Assembly: GCA_963848295.1 (NCBI GenBank)
Contig: CAWKDB010000010.1
Coordinates: 1,760,001 to 1,824,000, forward strand
Source of the DNA: an uncultured delta proteobacterium
GTDB lineage: Bacteria > Myxococcota_A > Polyangia > Haliangiales > Haliangiaceae
DNA: 64,000 nt
Direction of reading: 5' to 3'
Part shown: positions 1-11,473 of the stretch, one piece after another
How the letters are laid out: every line of letters begins with the position of its first letter
How positions within the stretch are numbered: the first letter of the stretch is position 1
The notes under the pieces: model-generated
Seen by the model: only the letters and a program-made list of their open reading frames with translations
What the model was told of the DNA's origin: nothing
Databases searched by the model: none
Program-made: the position numbers and the translations under genes

Positions 1-20
1 ACGACATCGGAGCCATGGCG

Positions 21-36
21 AGCACGATTCGTGCCC
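21..36 (-). promoter_or_regulatory. Putative sigma-54 -24/-12 promoter for a gene running off the left edge
   Basis: Minus strand GGGCAC-GAATC-GTGCT (GG-N10-GC), nearly identical to 6374-6389; minus-strand ATGs at 16 and 7. Confidence 0.55.
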
Positions 37-86
37 TACAGCCGCCCGCGGGATCAACACATTATCGTCGAGGCGAGGTCGATTCG

Positions 87-103
87 TGTTGCCGTTCGCA
101 ACG
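87..103. promoter_or_regulatory. Palindromic putative enhancer (TGTTGC-N5-GCAACG)
   Basis: Same motif at 6440-6456 and 6831-6847; same offset from the sigma-54 motif as at the porin. Confidence 0.5.
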
Positions 104-220
104 CGGGGCAATCGGCGCAGGCCCGGCGATCGGGCTCGGGGCCGTGATCTGCGCTACCGGAACCGCTTGTCGCCTTCTGGGACTAGAGCGCCGGGCCCGC
201 GGCTACAGTACGATAGCGAC

Positions 221-2296
221 GTGGGAATCAGCGAGACACTGCGAGCCGTCATCGAGGCGGGCAGCGCCGGCAAGCGCCTCGACGAGCTCAGCACCGCGCG
301 GATCATCTGCGATGCCGCCGATCAGCTGCATGCCGCCCACCAGAGCGCGGGCCTCGGCAAGTCGATCGGTCCGCTGACCCCGGCCGATGTGTCGATCAGT
401 GATACCGGCGATGTCACGATCGCGATCGCAGGTGGATCCGGGGCGATCGGGTACCGCGCGCCGGAGCAGCTCGGCGCCACCGGCGACCGCCGCAGCGACG
501 TGTTCTCGCTGGGCATCGTGATGTGGGAATCGCTGACCCACCAGAAGCTGTTCGAAGCGACCGGTGACGCCGCGATCGAGACCGCGATCGCGCAGCAAGA
601 CATCCGGCCGCCGTCGGAGATGAACGCGAACATCCCGGCCGAGCTCAGCGCGATCTGCATGAAGGCGCTCGCCCGCACACCGGCCGATCGCTATCAGAGC
701 GCGAAGGTCCTCGCCGCCGAGCTCGACGAAGTGCTCGCCGAGGCCGGCTACAACGATAAGCTGGCGATCACCAGCTTCGTCGGCGAGCTCGCGAAGCGCG
801 GGGGCGGACGTAAGACGCCGCTGCCGCCGCCGCTCAGAACCGCGATGCCATCGACGCCTCCTGTGAACGTGGCCGCGCCGCCGATCCCTTCGATCACGCC
901 GCCGATGCCGATGCCGCTCGCGCCGCGTTCGACCGCGCCTGCGCCACGGCCCGCGGCTCCCCCGGTGATGCTCGCGACCCCGGCGCCGTCTCCGGACACG
1001 ACCATCCCCGATGCGCAATCGCCGCACGCGCTCGGCCGGCAGACGCTGATCGGCACCGCGCTCGCGCCCCATGCCGCCGCCGCACCGGCACCCGCGCCGC
1101 CGATCGCCGCACCGTCGCCGCCCATCGTCCCCGCGCCGCCGATCGTCCCCGCTGCACCGGCACCGCCGATCGTTCCCTCGCCGCCGATCGTCCCCACCGC
1201 GCCGATCGTCCCCGCACCGGCACCGCCGAGCGTTCCCGCGCCGCCCGTCGTCTCCGCGCCGCCTCCCATGCCGGCGCGGCCGTCGGCACCGCAGCTGCCC
1301 GCGAACGCCGCGACGATCGACGACCCCGAAGCACGCAACGCCGCCGCCGCGATCGCGCTCGGGCCGATTCCGGGCGCAGCACCTCGCGACTCGCGCGACG
1401 TGCTCAACAACTGGGCCTGGCGCACCGACACGATCGCGGCGATCCAGGACGACGGCGACTACGAGATGCCGCAGGGGACGAGCCGGCGCACGATCATGAT
1501 GATGGTCGGCGGCGGCGTCGGCCTCGCGCTGATGATCACGATCATCATGGTCGGCTTCGGCGGCGGCTCGAAGAAGAAGCCGGTCGCCGCGGAGTCCCCT
1601 CGCGAGGCGCAGACCGCGCCGATCGATGGCGCACTGGTTGCGATGGCGGATCAGGGGAGCAACGGCTCGGGCTCCGCGCTCGGCTCGGGCTCGAGCACGA
1701 CCGAGCCAACGCCGATCGATCCGTACGCGGGGAGCGGCAGCAGCGAGGGTTCCGGGAGCGCTGTCGCCGAGGTTGCACCGGCCGGCAGTGCGCAACCCGC
1801 GGTTGCGCCGACGCCGGTTCCGACGCCGACCGTGACGCCGACGCCGACGGTGGCGCCGACGCCGACGGTGGCGCCGACGGTGACGCCGACGCCGACGGTG
1901 ACGCCGAAGCCGACCCCGAAGCCCACGCCGATTCCAACGCCAACGCCGAAGGCCACTTCGATGCCGAGACCGACGCCGAGACCGACGCCGACGCCGAGAC
2001 CGACGCCGAAAACCACACCGAGGGCGCCCGCGCGCACCGCGGAGGCCGAAGCCGCGTACAAGACCGGGCTCCAGCTGTTCGCGCGGGGCGACACGAGCGG
2101 TGCACTCGCGTCGTTGCGCGCCGCGATGTCCGCGAACCCCGGCTTCGCGCCGACCTGGCGGGCGTTCGGCCTCGTGTTCGAACGCATGGGTGAGAAGGAT
2201 CAGGCTCGAGCGGCGTACCGGCGCTATCTCCAGCTCGCGCCGTCGGCGGGGGACGCCGACACGATCCGCGCACGGCTCGATCGGATGGGCCGATGA
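221..2296 (+). CDS. Membrane Ser/Thr pseudokinase (C-lobe only), Pro-rich linker, TM helix, PT repeats, C-terminal TPR
   Basis: [22 protein letters not shown] and PADRYQSA present; no Gly loop, VAIK, HRD or DFG; hydrophobic segment; TPR-like end. GTG start at 221 inferred. Confidence 0.8.
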   Translation: MGISETLRAVIEAGSAGKRLDELSTARIICDAADQLHAAHQSAGLGKSIGPLTPADVSISDTGDVTIAIAGGSGAIGYRAPEQLGATGDRRSDVFSLGIVMWESLTHQKLFEATGDAAIETAIAQQDIRPPSEMNANIPAELSAICMKALARTPADRYQSAKVLAAELDEVLAEAGYNDKLAITSFVGELAKRGGGRKTPLPPPLRTAMPSTPPVNVAAPPIPSITPPMPMPLAPRSTAPAPRPAAPPVMLATPAPSPDTTIPDAQSPHALGRQTLIGTALAPHAAAAPAPAPPIAAPSPPIVPAPPIVPAAPAPPIVPSPPIVPTAPIVPAPAPPSVPAPPVVSAPPPMPARPSAPQLPANAATIDDPEARNAAAAIALGPIPGAAPRDSRDVLNNWAWRTDTIAAIQDDGDYEMPQGTSRRTIMMMVGGGVGLALMITIIMVGFGGGSKKKPVAAESPREAQTAPIDGALVAMADQGSNGSGSALGSGSSTTEPTPIDPYAGSGSSEGSGSAVAEVAPAGSAQPAVAPTPVPTPTVTPTPTVAPTPTVAPTVTPTPTVTPKPTPKPTPIPTPTPKATSMPRPTPRPTPTPRPTPKTTPRAPARTAEAEAAYKTGLQLFARGDTSGALASLRAAMSANPGFAPTWRAFGLVFERMGEKDQARAAYRRYLQLAPSAGDADTIRARLDRMGR

Positions 2297-3255
2297 AGAG
2301 TCTCGCGTTTGCCTCGATCACGCTCGTCGCGAGCGTCGCGTCCGCGGAACCGCGCCACGTCCTCGTGCTGCGTTCCGACGGCAACGCCGACGCCGCCACC
2401 CACGCGAAGGTCGATGCCGAGATCCTCAAGCTCGCTCATAACCTCGACGGTACGGTCGAAGCCGGCGAGATCGATCTCGCCGACGCGACGGCTGCGGTCG
2501 GTTGCAATCCGAGCGAGGCCGGCTGTCGCGATGACGTGATGGCGACGATGTCGGTCGACGAGCTCGTCACGACCACGGTGACGAGCGGCGCCGGAGGTGA
2601 GATCGACGTCTCGGTGCGCCGGCTGATCAAAGGTTCACCGACGCGTGACGCCGCGCTCGCGGTGCCCGCAGGCCAGCCGCTCGAGGCGCGAATCGAGAGC
2701 GTGATCGGCCCGCTGTTCGGCGTCGCCGCGACGACCGCAGCGCCTGGCGAGAGCCAGCCGACGACACCGGCGACGCCGACGACACCGACAACGCCAGCAG
2801 CACCGGCAACACCGACGACGCCGGTCGGGCCTGCATCGCCGAGCGGCGACAACGGCCAGCCCCCGCTCACCGGCTTGCAACCGACTGCCGAGGACGACGA
2901 TGTGTCGTACACGCGCCGCCGGCACGTCGAGATCGGCGTGATCGCGGCGGGCGGAACGGCTTCGCTGCTCGGCATGCTGTTTTGGGCCGCGGCGTCGGGC
3001 ACCGATAACGACATCCGCAACGCGCCGACGAAGACGCCCGCCGACTTCAAGAACCTGACGGATCTCGAGAACAAGGGCGATACCCAGGCCACCGTCGGCA
3101 ACATCTTCGTCGTCAGCGGGCTCGCGGCTGCCGCGATCGGCGGCTACTTCTTCTGGCGCGACCACCACGATCACGACGCACGCCACGCATCGATCACGCC
3201 CGTCCTATTCGATCACGGCGGTGGCATCGCGGTCACGCTCGGAGGTCTGCGATGA
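2293..3255 (+). CDS. Secreted/membrane hypothetical protein with C-terminal hydrophobic segments
   Basis: Signal peptide, PT-rich linker, ATGA overlap with upstream gene. Confidence 0.75.
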   Translation: MKSLAFASITLVASVASAEPRHVLVLRSDGNADAATHAKVDAEILKLAHNLDGTVEAGEIDLADATAAVGCNPSEAGCRDDVMATMSVDELVTTTVTSGAGGEIDVSVRRLIKGSPTRDAALAVPAGQPLEARIESVIGPLFGVAATTAAPGESQPTTPATPTTPTTPAAPATPTTPVGPASPSGDNGQPPLTGLQPTAEDDDVSYTRRRHVEIGVIAAGGTASLLGMLFWAAASGTDNDIRNAPTKTPADFKNLTDLENKGDTQATVGNIFVVSGLAAAAIGGYFFWRDHHDHDARHASITPVLFDHGGGIAVTLGGLR

Positions 3256-3872
3256 ATGCACGCTTGCTCTTGCTCGCGTCGGTCATCACCGGCTGCACGG
3301 TCACCCACCGTAGCCAAGACTACACGTGCACGACGCAGGCGGATTGCGCGACCGGCCGTACGTGCTCGGGCGGATTCTGTGTCGTCACCGGCACGCAGAT
3401 CGACGCGCCGCTCCACATCGACGCCCCCACTCACCCGCCGGACGCCTCGACCTGCCCCCCCGGCTGCACGACCTGCAATGTCGCCACGAAGGTCTGCACG
3501 ATCGATTGCAGCAACGCGAATGCCGATTGCACTGGGCAGGTCACGTGCCCCGCTGGCTACAACTGTGACATCAAGTGCGACGTCGCGAGCTCGTGTCGCA
3601 ACAACGTCTACTGCGTCGACGCTGCATCGTGCATCATCGAATGTAGCGGTAACTCGGCATGCCGCGGCGTGCTGTGCGGCCCGGGCTCGTGCGATGTCCA
3701 GTGCACCGGCCAGAGCTCGTGCCGCGCCGTCGACTGCAGGACCTCGTGCGCGTGCGACGTGACCTGCTCGGGGATCGCGAGTTGCTCGGACACGGTGCAG
3801 TGCCCGCTCGGTTGCGACTCCGGCCTCGGTTGCTCGTCACAGGCGACGGCGGTCTGCAACACCTGCAACTAG
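3252..3872 (+). CDS. Cys-rich repeat lipoprotein
   Basis: Lipobox ITGC, 33 Cys in 206 aa, ATGA overlap. Confidence 0.8.
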   Translation: MNARLLLLASVITGCTVTHRSQDYTCTTQADCATGRTCSGGFCVVTGTQIDAPLHIDAPTHPPDASTCPPGCTTCNVATKVCTIDCSNANADCTGQVTCPAGYNCDIKCDVASSCRNNVYCVDAASCIIECSGNSACRGVLCGPGSCDVQCTGQSSCRAVDCRTSCACDVTCSGIASCSDTVQCPLGCDSGLGCSSQATAVCNTCN

Positions 3873-3873
3873 C

Positions 3874-3907
3874 CTAGCGATACGACGACGAGTTGAACCA
3901 CCACTCG
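3874..3907. repeat. 34-bp direct repeat, copy 1 (orphan copy of porin gene 3' end)
   Basis: CTAGCGATACGACGACGAGTTGAACCACCACTCG, identical to 4677-4710. Confidence 0.95.
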
Positions 3908-3939
3908 AGTTTCAGGTAGGCGTCGATTGGTGGTTGCAG

Positions 3940-3959
3940 ATACAACTTATAACTTGTAT
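3940..3959. promoter_or_regulatory. Putative HicB operator
   Basis: AT-rich near-perfect palindrome ATACAAcTTATAAcTTGTAT just upstream of hicA. Confidence 0.6.
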
Positions 3960-3968
3960 AGTCAGGGA

Positions 3969-4157
3969 GTGGGCTCGAGGGAGATCCTGGCGGCATTGAA
4001 GGCGGACGGGTGGAGCGTCGTGAGGGTCAAGGGTTCGCATCACCAACTCGCGCATCCGAGGAAGCCGGGCATCGTCACCGTCAAACACCCCGCGAAGGAT
4101 TTTCCGATTGGCACGCTCAAATCGATCGAGAAACAGAGCGGGGTCAAGCTGCGCTAG
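3969..4157 (+). CDS. hicA: HicA family toxin (mRNA interferase)
   Basis: LKADGW-RVKGSHHQLAHP-GIVTVKHP-GTLKSIEKQSG; GTG start inferred. Confidence 0.92.
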   Translation: MGSREILAALKADGWSVVRVKGSHHQLAHPRKPGIVTVKHPAKDFPIGTLKSIEKQSGVKLR

Positions 4158-4173
4158 CCCATCAGGAGACACC

Positions 4174-4650
4174 ATGCGTTACTTCGCCAACATCACCAAG
4201 GACGACAACGGTTCGTGGCTCGTCGACTTCCCGGACTGTCCGGGTTGCGTGACGTTCGGAGACACGCGAGAGGAGGCCATCGAGCTCGCGCAAGAGGCGC
4301 TCGAAGGCTGGCTCGAGGCCAACCTCATTCACGGCAGCGTCCCTCCGCGTCCCAAGCGTCATATCGGAGCGCTCGTCGTAGTCCCGCCGCGGCTGGCTCT
4401 GTCGCTACAGCTTCGCTGGTTGCGCGACGAGCAGAAGCTGACGCAAGCCGAGCTCGCTCGAAAGCTCGGCGTATCGCAGCAGGCGATCGCGAAGCTCGAG
4501 AAGCCGGACAGCAACCCGACGATCGGCACCGTGATCGACATGGTGGAGGCGCTCCAGGGCGTGCTCGAGTTGACCGTCAAGCCGAAGCCTCAGGCATCGA
4601 CGAACAAGATCGTGCCGAATCCATCAGCGCGTCTTCGTTTCGAGCGCTAG
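4174..4650 (+). CDS. hicB: HicB family antitoxin with C-terminal Xre HTH
   Basis: VDFPDCPGCVTFGDTREEA and LTQAELARKLGVSQQAIAKLE; RBS AGGAG. Confidence 0.92.
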   Translation: MRYFANITKDDNGSWLVDFPDCPGCVTFGDTREEAIELAQEALEGWLEANLIHGSVPPRPKRHIGALVVVPPRLALSLQLRWLRDEQKLTQAELARKLGVSQQAIAKLEKPDSNPTIGTVIDMVEALQGVLELTVKPKPQASTNKIVPNPSARLRFER

Positions 4651-4676
4651 CCGGAATCGCCTCATTAGGTCTTGCG

Positions 4677-6359
<1,683 letters not shown>

Positions 6360-6373
6360 GGCGCGCGCAGGCG

Positions 6374-6389
6374 AGCACGTTTCGTGCCC
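6374..6389 (-). promoter_or_regulatory. Putative sigma-54 promoter of the porin
   Basis: Minus strand GGGCAC-GAAAC-GTGCT (GG-N10-GC) about 15 nt before the ATG. Confidence 0.55.
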
Positions 6390-6439
6390 GGGTCGCAATG
6401 CCTCAACTCCGCGATCTATTCGCCAGAATTGCGTGGCGT

Positions 6440-6456
6440 CGTTGCCTTCGGCAACG
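6440..6456. promoter_or_regulatory. Palindrome CGTTGCC-TTC-GGCAACG (enhancer, or terminator hairpin of the adjacent gene)
   Basis: Perfect 7-bp inverted repeat; motif recurs at 87 and 6831. Confidence 0.5.
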
Positions 6457-6458
6457 GG

Positions 6459-6767
6459 CTACTTGGCAGGCGCAGGCGCAGGCGTGGGCGCGGGCCCATC
6501 GCCCTTGGGGCCCTTTGCCTTGTGGTGGCGATGCCTGTTGTGCCGCTTGCGCGCGCTCTTGTTATGCCGGCGCTTGGCCTTCTTCGCGATCTTCGGCGCG
6601 TCGGGCTTCGAGGCATCGGGCTTCGCCGCGTCGGGCTTCGGCGCATCCGGCTTCGGCGCATGGGTGTTCGGCGTCTCGGGCGGGAGCGGGTCGGAGCTGG
6701 GCTCGGCGACCGCGGTTCCAGCGAGCGCGAGGACAAACGGAAGCGTACGGAGCAGCGCTCGAAGCAT
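6459..6767 (-). CDS. Small secreted basic protein with KPDA repeats
   Basis: Signal peptide MLRALLRTLPFVLALAGTAVA, four KPDA units, K/R/H-rich tract. Confidence 0.65.
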   Translation of the reverse strand: MLRALLRTLPFVLALAGTAVAEPSSDPLPPETPNTHAPKPDAPKPDAAKPDASKPDAPKIAKKAKRRHNKSARKRHNRHRHHKAKGPKGDGPAPTPAPAPAK

Positions 6768-6830
6768 GACTTGGAGTGCTACAGGATCGTCAATTACGGG
6801 GCAAGTTGCGCGAATGCAATCGCCACGCGA

Positions 6831-6847
6831 CGTTGCGGATCGCAACG
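6831..6847. promoter_or_regulatory. Palindrome CGTTGCG-GAT-CGCAACG (putative enhancer for the amylase)
   Basis: Perfect 7-bp inverted repeat upstream of a sigma-54-like site. Confidence 0.5.
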
Positions 6848-6927
6848 ACCCCGCGCGCCGGGCCGACGCCGCGGTCGCAAGTGTCGAATGTGCTGGACCT
6901 CGGACCGCTGCCGATCTCAATGTCCGC

Positions 6928-6943
6928 TGGCATGACCCTTGGA
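6928..6943 (+). promoter_or_regulatory. Sigma-54-like promoter with imperfect -12 element
   Basis: TGGCAT-GACCC-TTGGA shortly before the amylase ATG. Confidence 0.4.
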
Positions 6944-6955
6944 ACGCAACCGCGC

Positions 6956-8840
6956 ATGCGTTTCTCGCTCGTTGCCCTCGCGGCTCTGCTCGCCGGCTGC
7001 CCATCGGCTCAGCATCCGAACAACGGCGACGGCAGCGATGCCGGGATCGATGCCGGCGGCGACGCGGGTGGCTCGTGTCCACCGGTCCCGACCTGTACGG
7101 CGACGATCCAGTATCACGGCACCGGCACCGCCGTGACGCTCTACGGCGACTTCGCGACCGACGGCTGGACCACCGGCATGCCGATGACCGCGTACGCCGA
7201 CGGGTTCGAGGCGACCGTCCCGGCGAACGACGAGCAAGTCATCCTCTACAAGTTCCAGGTCGACGGCGGGGCGTGGATCAGCGACCCCGACAACACGCGC
7301 ACGAGCCCCGACGGTTACGGCGGCAGCAACTCGGTCATCCGCGTCGACTGCGATCATTGTCCCGCCCGGCCGACGATGGACTGGCGCGACGGCATCATGT
7401 ACTTCCTACTGATCGATCGGTTCAACGACGGCGACACGAGCAACGACATGACGGTGCAAGGCGCCGAGCTCCCCGGCCAGTACCAGGGCGGCGACTTCGC
7501 CGGCATCACGCAGAAGATCACGTCCGGCTACTTCACCGACCTCGGGATCAACACGATCTGGATCACGTCGCCGCTCGAGAACACGTGGCTCGCCGAGCCC
7601 GGCTCCGACGGTCACGAATACTCGGGCTATCACGGTTATTGGCCGAAGGACGAGACCCTGATCGACGCGCATTACGGCAGCCAGGCCGACCTGCAGACGA
7701 TGATCGACACCGCGCACGCGCACGGCATCCAGATCTTGATCGACTACGTGATGAACCACGTCACGACCGACGCGCCGATCTATCAACAGAACCCCGACTG
7801 GTTCTGGCCCGACGACAACGGCTCCGGCGGCAACTGCGTGTGCGGCCAGGGCTGCCCGGACTTCAACACGGTGTGCTGGTTCGACACGTTCTTGCCGACG
7901 TTCAACATGCTCGACGACGATGCGCGCCGGTGGTCGGTCAACAACGCGATCTCGTGGGCCAAGACGCTCGGCATCGACGGGTTCAGGCTCGACGCTGTAA
8001 AGCAGGTGGAGACAGTCTGGTTCACCGATACGCGCGCGCGTAGCAACGGCGAGCTCGCCTGGGATCAGCCGTTCTACATGGTCGGCGAGACGTTCGACGG
8101 CAACCGAGATCTCGATCAAGTCGTACGTCAATCCCAACACCATGCTCGACGGTCAGTTCGACTTCCCGCTGCGCGGCCAGGTGCTGTCGACCTTGCTGCA
8201 TCGCGACGGCCAGATGAGCGACCTCGTCGGCTTCATGGACTCGAACGACGGCTACTACGGCCAGGGCGCGGTGATGTCGACGTTCCTGGGCAACCACGAC
8301 GTCCCGCGCGCGATCGAGCACGCGCTCGACGTCCCGCTGTTCGACCCGTGGGACGGCGGCAAAGAAGATGCGTGGAGCAACCAGCCGCAGCTACCGACCA
8401 CGGCGAACCCGTTTCAGCGGCTCGCGGTCGCGTACACGTTGCTGTTCACGACCAACGGGTTGCCGATGCTCTACTACGGCGATGAATACGGCATGAACGG
8501 CGCCGGCGACCCCGACAACCGCCACTTCATGCAGTGGGACAACTACACCGCGAACCAGACGTGGCTGCACGATCAGATCGCAGCGCTCGCAAAGCTGCGG
8601 ACCGCCCATCCGGCGACCCGGCGCGGCACCCGGACGACGCTCGGAGTCGGCACCGACACGTTCGTCTACAAGATGACGACCACCGGCGACGAGCTGTTCG
8701 TGGCGCTCAACCGCGGCGACTCGACCCAGACCGCGACCGGCCTGCCCGGGGGCAACTACACCGATCTGATCAGCGGGGCGACGGTGACCGCACCGCTCCA
8801 GCTGGCACCCCGGACCGCCGTGGTGCTAACCGCGCAGTGA
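6956..8840 (+). CDS. GH13 alpha-amylase family lipoprotein with N-terminal CBM48-like domain; +1 frameshift at about 8114
   Basis: Lipobox LAGC; YHGYWP, DYVMNH, GFRLDAVK, VGE, FLGNHD; removing one base at 8114 joins both ORFs (NRDLIKSYVNP). Confidence 0.88.
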
Positions 8841-8872
8841 AAGCCGCCGCGAATCGTGCTAGGCGAATAGCC

Positions 8873-9427
8873 ATGGCGCGCTCGTATCTCGCTCCGCTCG
8901 GTCTCGGCCTCCTCGTCGCCCTCGGCGGTTGTCACCACGATCCGACCCCGATGCACGTGAAGGCCGGCGACCTGCCGCCCTTGCCGCCCGCGTCGGGCAC
9001 GCCGATCGGCTATCTCCTCGACGACTCGACCGACCTCAAGCTCAGCGACGATCAGGTCACGAAGCTCAAGGACCTCGACGCGAGCCTCGCCGCTCAGAAC
9101 TCCGAGATCGATACGCAGCTCCGTCAGATCGAGAGACCCGACGACGACGAGGAGCAGGCGCAGGCGAAAGCGCATCAGCCCCACAAGCTGCACAACAACG
9201 CACCGGGCGCCGAGATCCATACGACCGCCGACGCGGGCAAGCTGCACGAGCTGCGCAACTCGAACGAGCGCACCGCCTTGAAACAGGCCTTCGCGCTCCT
9301 CGATCAGCCGCAGCAGGATGGCGCCCGCCGCCTGCTCGAAGATCACGGCTTCGAGGCGCCGGGCTCCGCGAAGAAGGGGCCGGCTTCGACCGAAGACGGC
9401 ACGCCGCTGCCCGAGGGCGAGCCCTGA
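8873..9427 (+). CDS. Hypothetical helical lipoprotein
   Basis: Lipobox LGGC; LKLSDDQVTKL is reminiscent of Spy/CpxP. Confidence 0.7.
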   Translation: MARSYLAPLGLGLLVALGGCHHDPTPMHVKAGDLPPLPPASGTPIGYLLDDSTDLKLSDDQVTKLKDLDASLAAQNSEIDTQLRQIERPDDDEEQAQAKAHQPHKLHNNAPGAEIHTTADAGKLHELRNSNERTALKQAFALLDQPQQDGARRLLEDHGFEAPGSAKKGPASTEDGTPLPEGEP

Positions 9428-9590
9428 GCGCGATCGATCGATCGGCTGTCCGGCGCAGCAAGGACGGCCGAGTCCTCAGCGCGAAGGGCCCCCAACGGGG
9501 CCCTGAGCGCGATCGATCGATCGGCTGTCCGGCGCAGCAAGGACGGCCGACTCTTCAGCGCGAAGGGCCCCCAAACGGGGCCCTGAGCGC
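9421..9590. repeat. Tandem REP-like palindromic repeat (units of 79 and 80 bp plus a partial third)
   Basis: Units start at 9421, 9500 and 9580; each has two hairpins; lies between convergent genes. Confidence 0.85.
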
Positions 9591-9600
9591 ACCCGATCGA

Positions 9601-10722
9601 TCAGTGCAGCGCGTTCGCGAAGTCGCTGTTGCCGAGCAGACTGCGCTCGGCATCGGCAAACGCGTTCGACAACGCTGCGTTTAGCTGCTCGGAGCTGTGA
9701 TCCTTGCCTTTGCGCTCGGCCTTGCCCTCCACGACCCCGGACCACACCTCCTTGCCGTCTTTCGAGAGCGTGAAGCGCAGCCGCGCGACGGCCTTGAACG
9801 TATCGTTCTCGACGACGATGAGCTCGAGGATCTCGCTCGCGAGCGAGAAGGGTCCGGCGGGATCGATGTTAGCGCCTTCCTGCTTCAAGGTGTCGGTCAA
9901 CACCTTGCCGTAGAAGTTGGCGACGTTGTCCGGCGTGTACACGATCGCGCCCTTGGAGTTGTCGTAGCGCCCGATCGCAAGGGGCTGGGTACGCGTGTCC
10001 TTGAGTGGGGGCACGCTCATCTTGACAGCTCGGACCGCGGCGAGGGTCGCCTCGGTGCCCATCGGCTTGGACTCGTCGACGCCACGCCACACGAGCTTGA
10101 GCGTCGGGCCCGAAGGAAGCTTTGGTGCCGGCATCGCGACCACATCGGGCGGGGGCTCGTGGCCGAGCAGCGCGGTCTCGAAGTCACGGCCGGTGAGGAG
10201 CTGCTTCATCGCGTCGACGAGGGCGGCGCTGAGCGTCTCGTTGTAGTTGTCCTCGCTGTGATCGCGGCCGCCTTGCGAGCTCTTTCCGACGAGCTCCTTC
10301 TGCCACACTACTGCGCCGTCGGGGCCGATCAGGGACACGCCGAGCTTGGCGCTGCCGTGATACTGGTCGGTCTCTTCGGCGAACAGTTGCTCGACGTTCA
10401 CCTTGAGCGTGAAGGCCTGCCCGGAGTCCACGAACGGTACGCCGAGTGCCTTGAAGCGATCCTGAAACACCGTCGTGCAGTACGCGCCCACGTCGCCCGC
10501 CGCGGTCACGGTCTGCCGGCCGTAGCGACCGATCGGCTTCTCGGTGCGCGCGTCGACCAGCTCGAGCTTGAGCTTCTTGTCGGCGATCGTTTTCAGGATC
10601 GAGTCTTTGTACGGCACCTTGTCGGCGCGCCACTCGAGGTGGATCGTCGTGAGCGCCGGTGTGTGGTGACAAGCACCCGCGAGCAGAAAAGCGGCAGCGA
10701 GCATGGGAAGGCGAAGGCTCAT
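9601..10722 (-). CDS. Lipoprotein with two tandem YajG-like domains
   Basis: Lipobox AGAC; internal duplication (VW...GK...G[RK]DHS...N..LS.A twice). Confidence 0.7.
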   Translation of the reverse strand: MSLRLPMLAAAFLLAGACHHTPALTTIHLEWRADKVPYKDSILKTIADKKLKLELVDARTEKPIGRYGRQTVTAAGDVGAYCTTVFQDRFKALGVPFVDSGQAFTLKVNVEQLFAEETDQYHGSAKLGVSLIGPDGAVVWQKELVGKSSQGGRDHSEDNYNETLSAALVDAMKQLLTGRDFETALLGHEPPPDVVAMPAPKLPSGPTLKLVWRGVDESKPMGTEATLAAVRAVKMSVPPLKDTRTQPLAIGRYDNSKGAIVYTPDNVANFYGKVLTDTLKQEGANIDPAGPFSLASEILELIVVENDTFKAVARLRFTLSKDGKEVWSGVVEGKAERKGKDHSSEQLNAALSNAFADAERSLLGNSDFANALH

Positions 10723-10887
10723 CGCGGGAACCTACCGCGAGCCGCGGGACGCTTGGCCGACAGGCGCCACGAAACGCACGCGATCGTTGGCGTCTTTCCC
10801 CAGCACTCGTGGGGATTATCGCGGGGAGTTTGGCGCGTTGAATTCCGTGCGGATCCTTGCGACCGCGAAACTCGGGCGGGCTAGCTC

Positions 10888-11400
10888 CTAGAACGTCCCG
10901 TTCACGGTGAGCGTCACGCCGCTGTTGTTGTTATCGGCGACGAGCGTCATCGAGATCGTGCCGGAGATCGGCGTCAGGTTCGTCACCGTCACATCGATCG
11001 TGCTCGACGCATCGGAGGCCCAGGAGTCGAACAAGCCGTTGCCCACCTTGTTCCAGTCGATCTCGACGTTGCAGCCCATCGTGCCGGTGCGAACCCCGAG
11101 CGTCTGAGGAATCGTCCCGTCGGGCAGCGTGCAGGCCATCTCGCACATCGCGCTGTCGCCGTTGGCCGCGGGCGCGAGAAAGTTGAGCCCGAACTCGTAG
11201 AGGCCCTGCGAGCTCGGCGTACACGACCCGCCGGTCGCATTCGTATCGCCCGAGACATCCGACGACGCGACTTGCAGCGAGCACGGGTAGACGACGCCCG
11301 CATCGCTGCCACTGCCGCCGCCGTTCGAGTCGTTGAGGTGGTGCGACGAACCGCCGCCGCATGCGGCCAGGCCCGCGATGATCGAGACCGTCTTCACCAT
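10888..11400 (-). CDS. Hypothetical lipoprotein
   Basis: MVKTVSIIAGLAACGGG lipobox; beta-rich. Confidence 0.7.
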   Translation of the reverse strand: MVKTVSIIAGLAACGGGSSHHLNDSNGGGSGSDAGVVYPCSLQVASSDVSGDTNATGGSCTPSSQGLYEFGLNFLAPAANGDSAMCEMACTLPDGTIPQTLGVRTGTMGCNVEIDWNKVGNGLFDSWASDASSTIDVTVTNLTPISGTISMTLVADNNNSGVTLTVNGTF

Positions 11401-11473
11401 GGCGCACCATCTTAGCCGACGGTGCAACCGCTGTCGTCTTCCCGTGGCGAGTGACCACGGGTAGAGTCGCGCC

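Noticed and set aside
86..220. Kinase N-lobe upstream of position 221
   Set aside because: No Gly loop or VAIK recognisable; the region carries regulatory-looking motifs
8100..8145. Programmed frameshifting in the amylase (also tatD, tcdA and the TPR peptidase)
   Set aside because: No slippery sequence; the shared wobble C/G signature favours a consensus artefact
9421..9590. CRISPR array
   Set aside because: Whole units repeat with no unique spacers, and there are no cas genes
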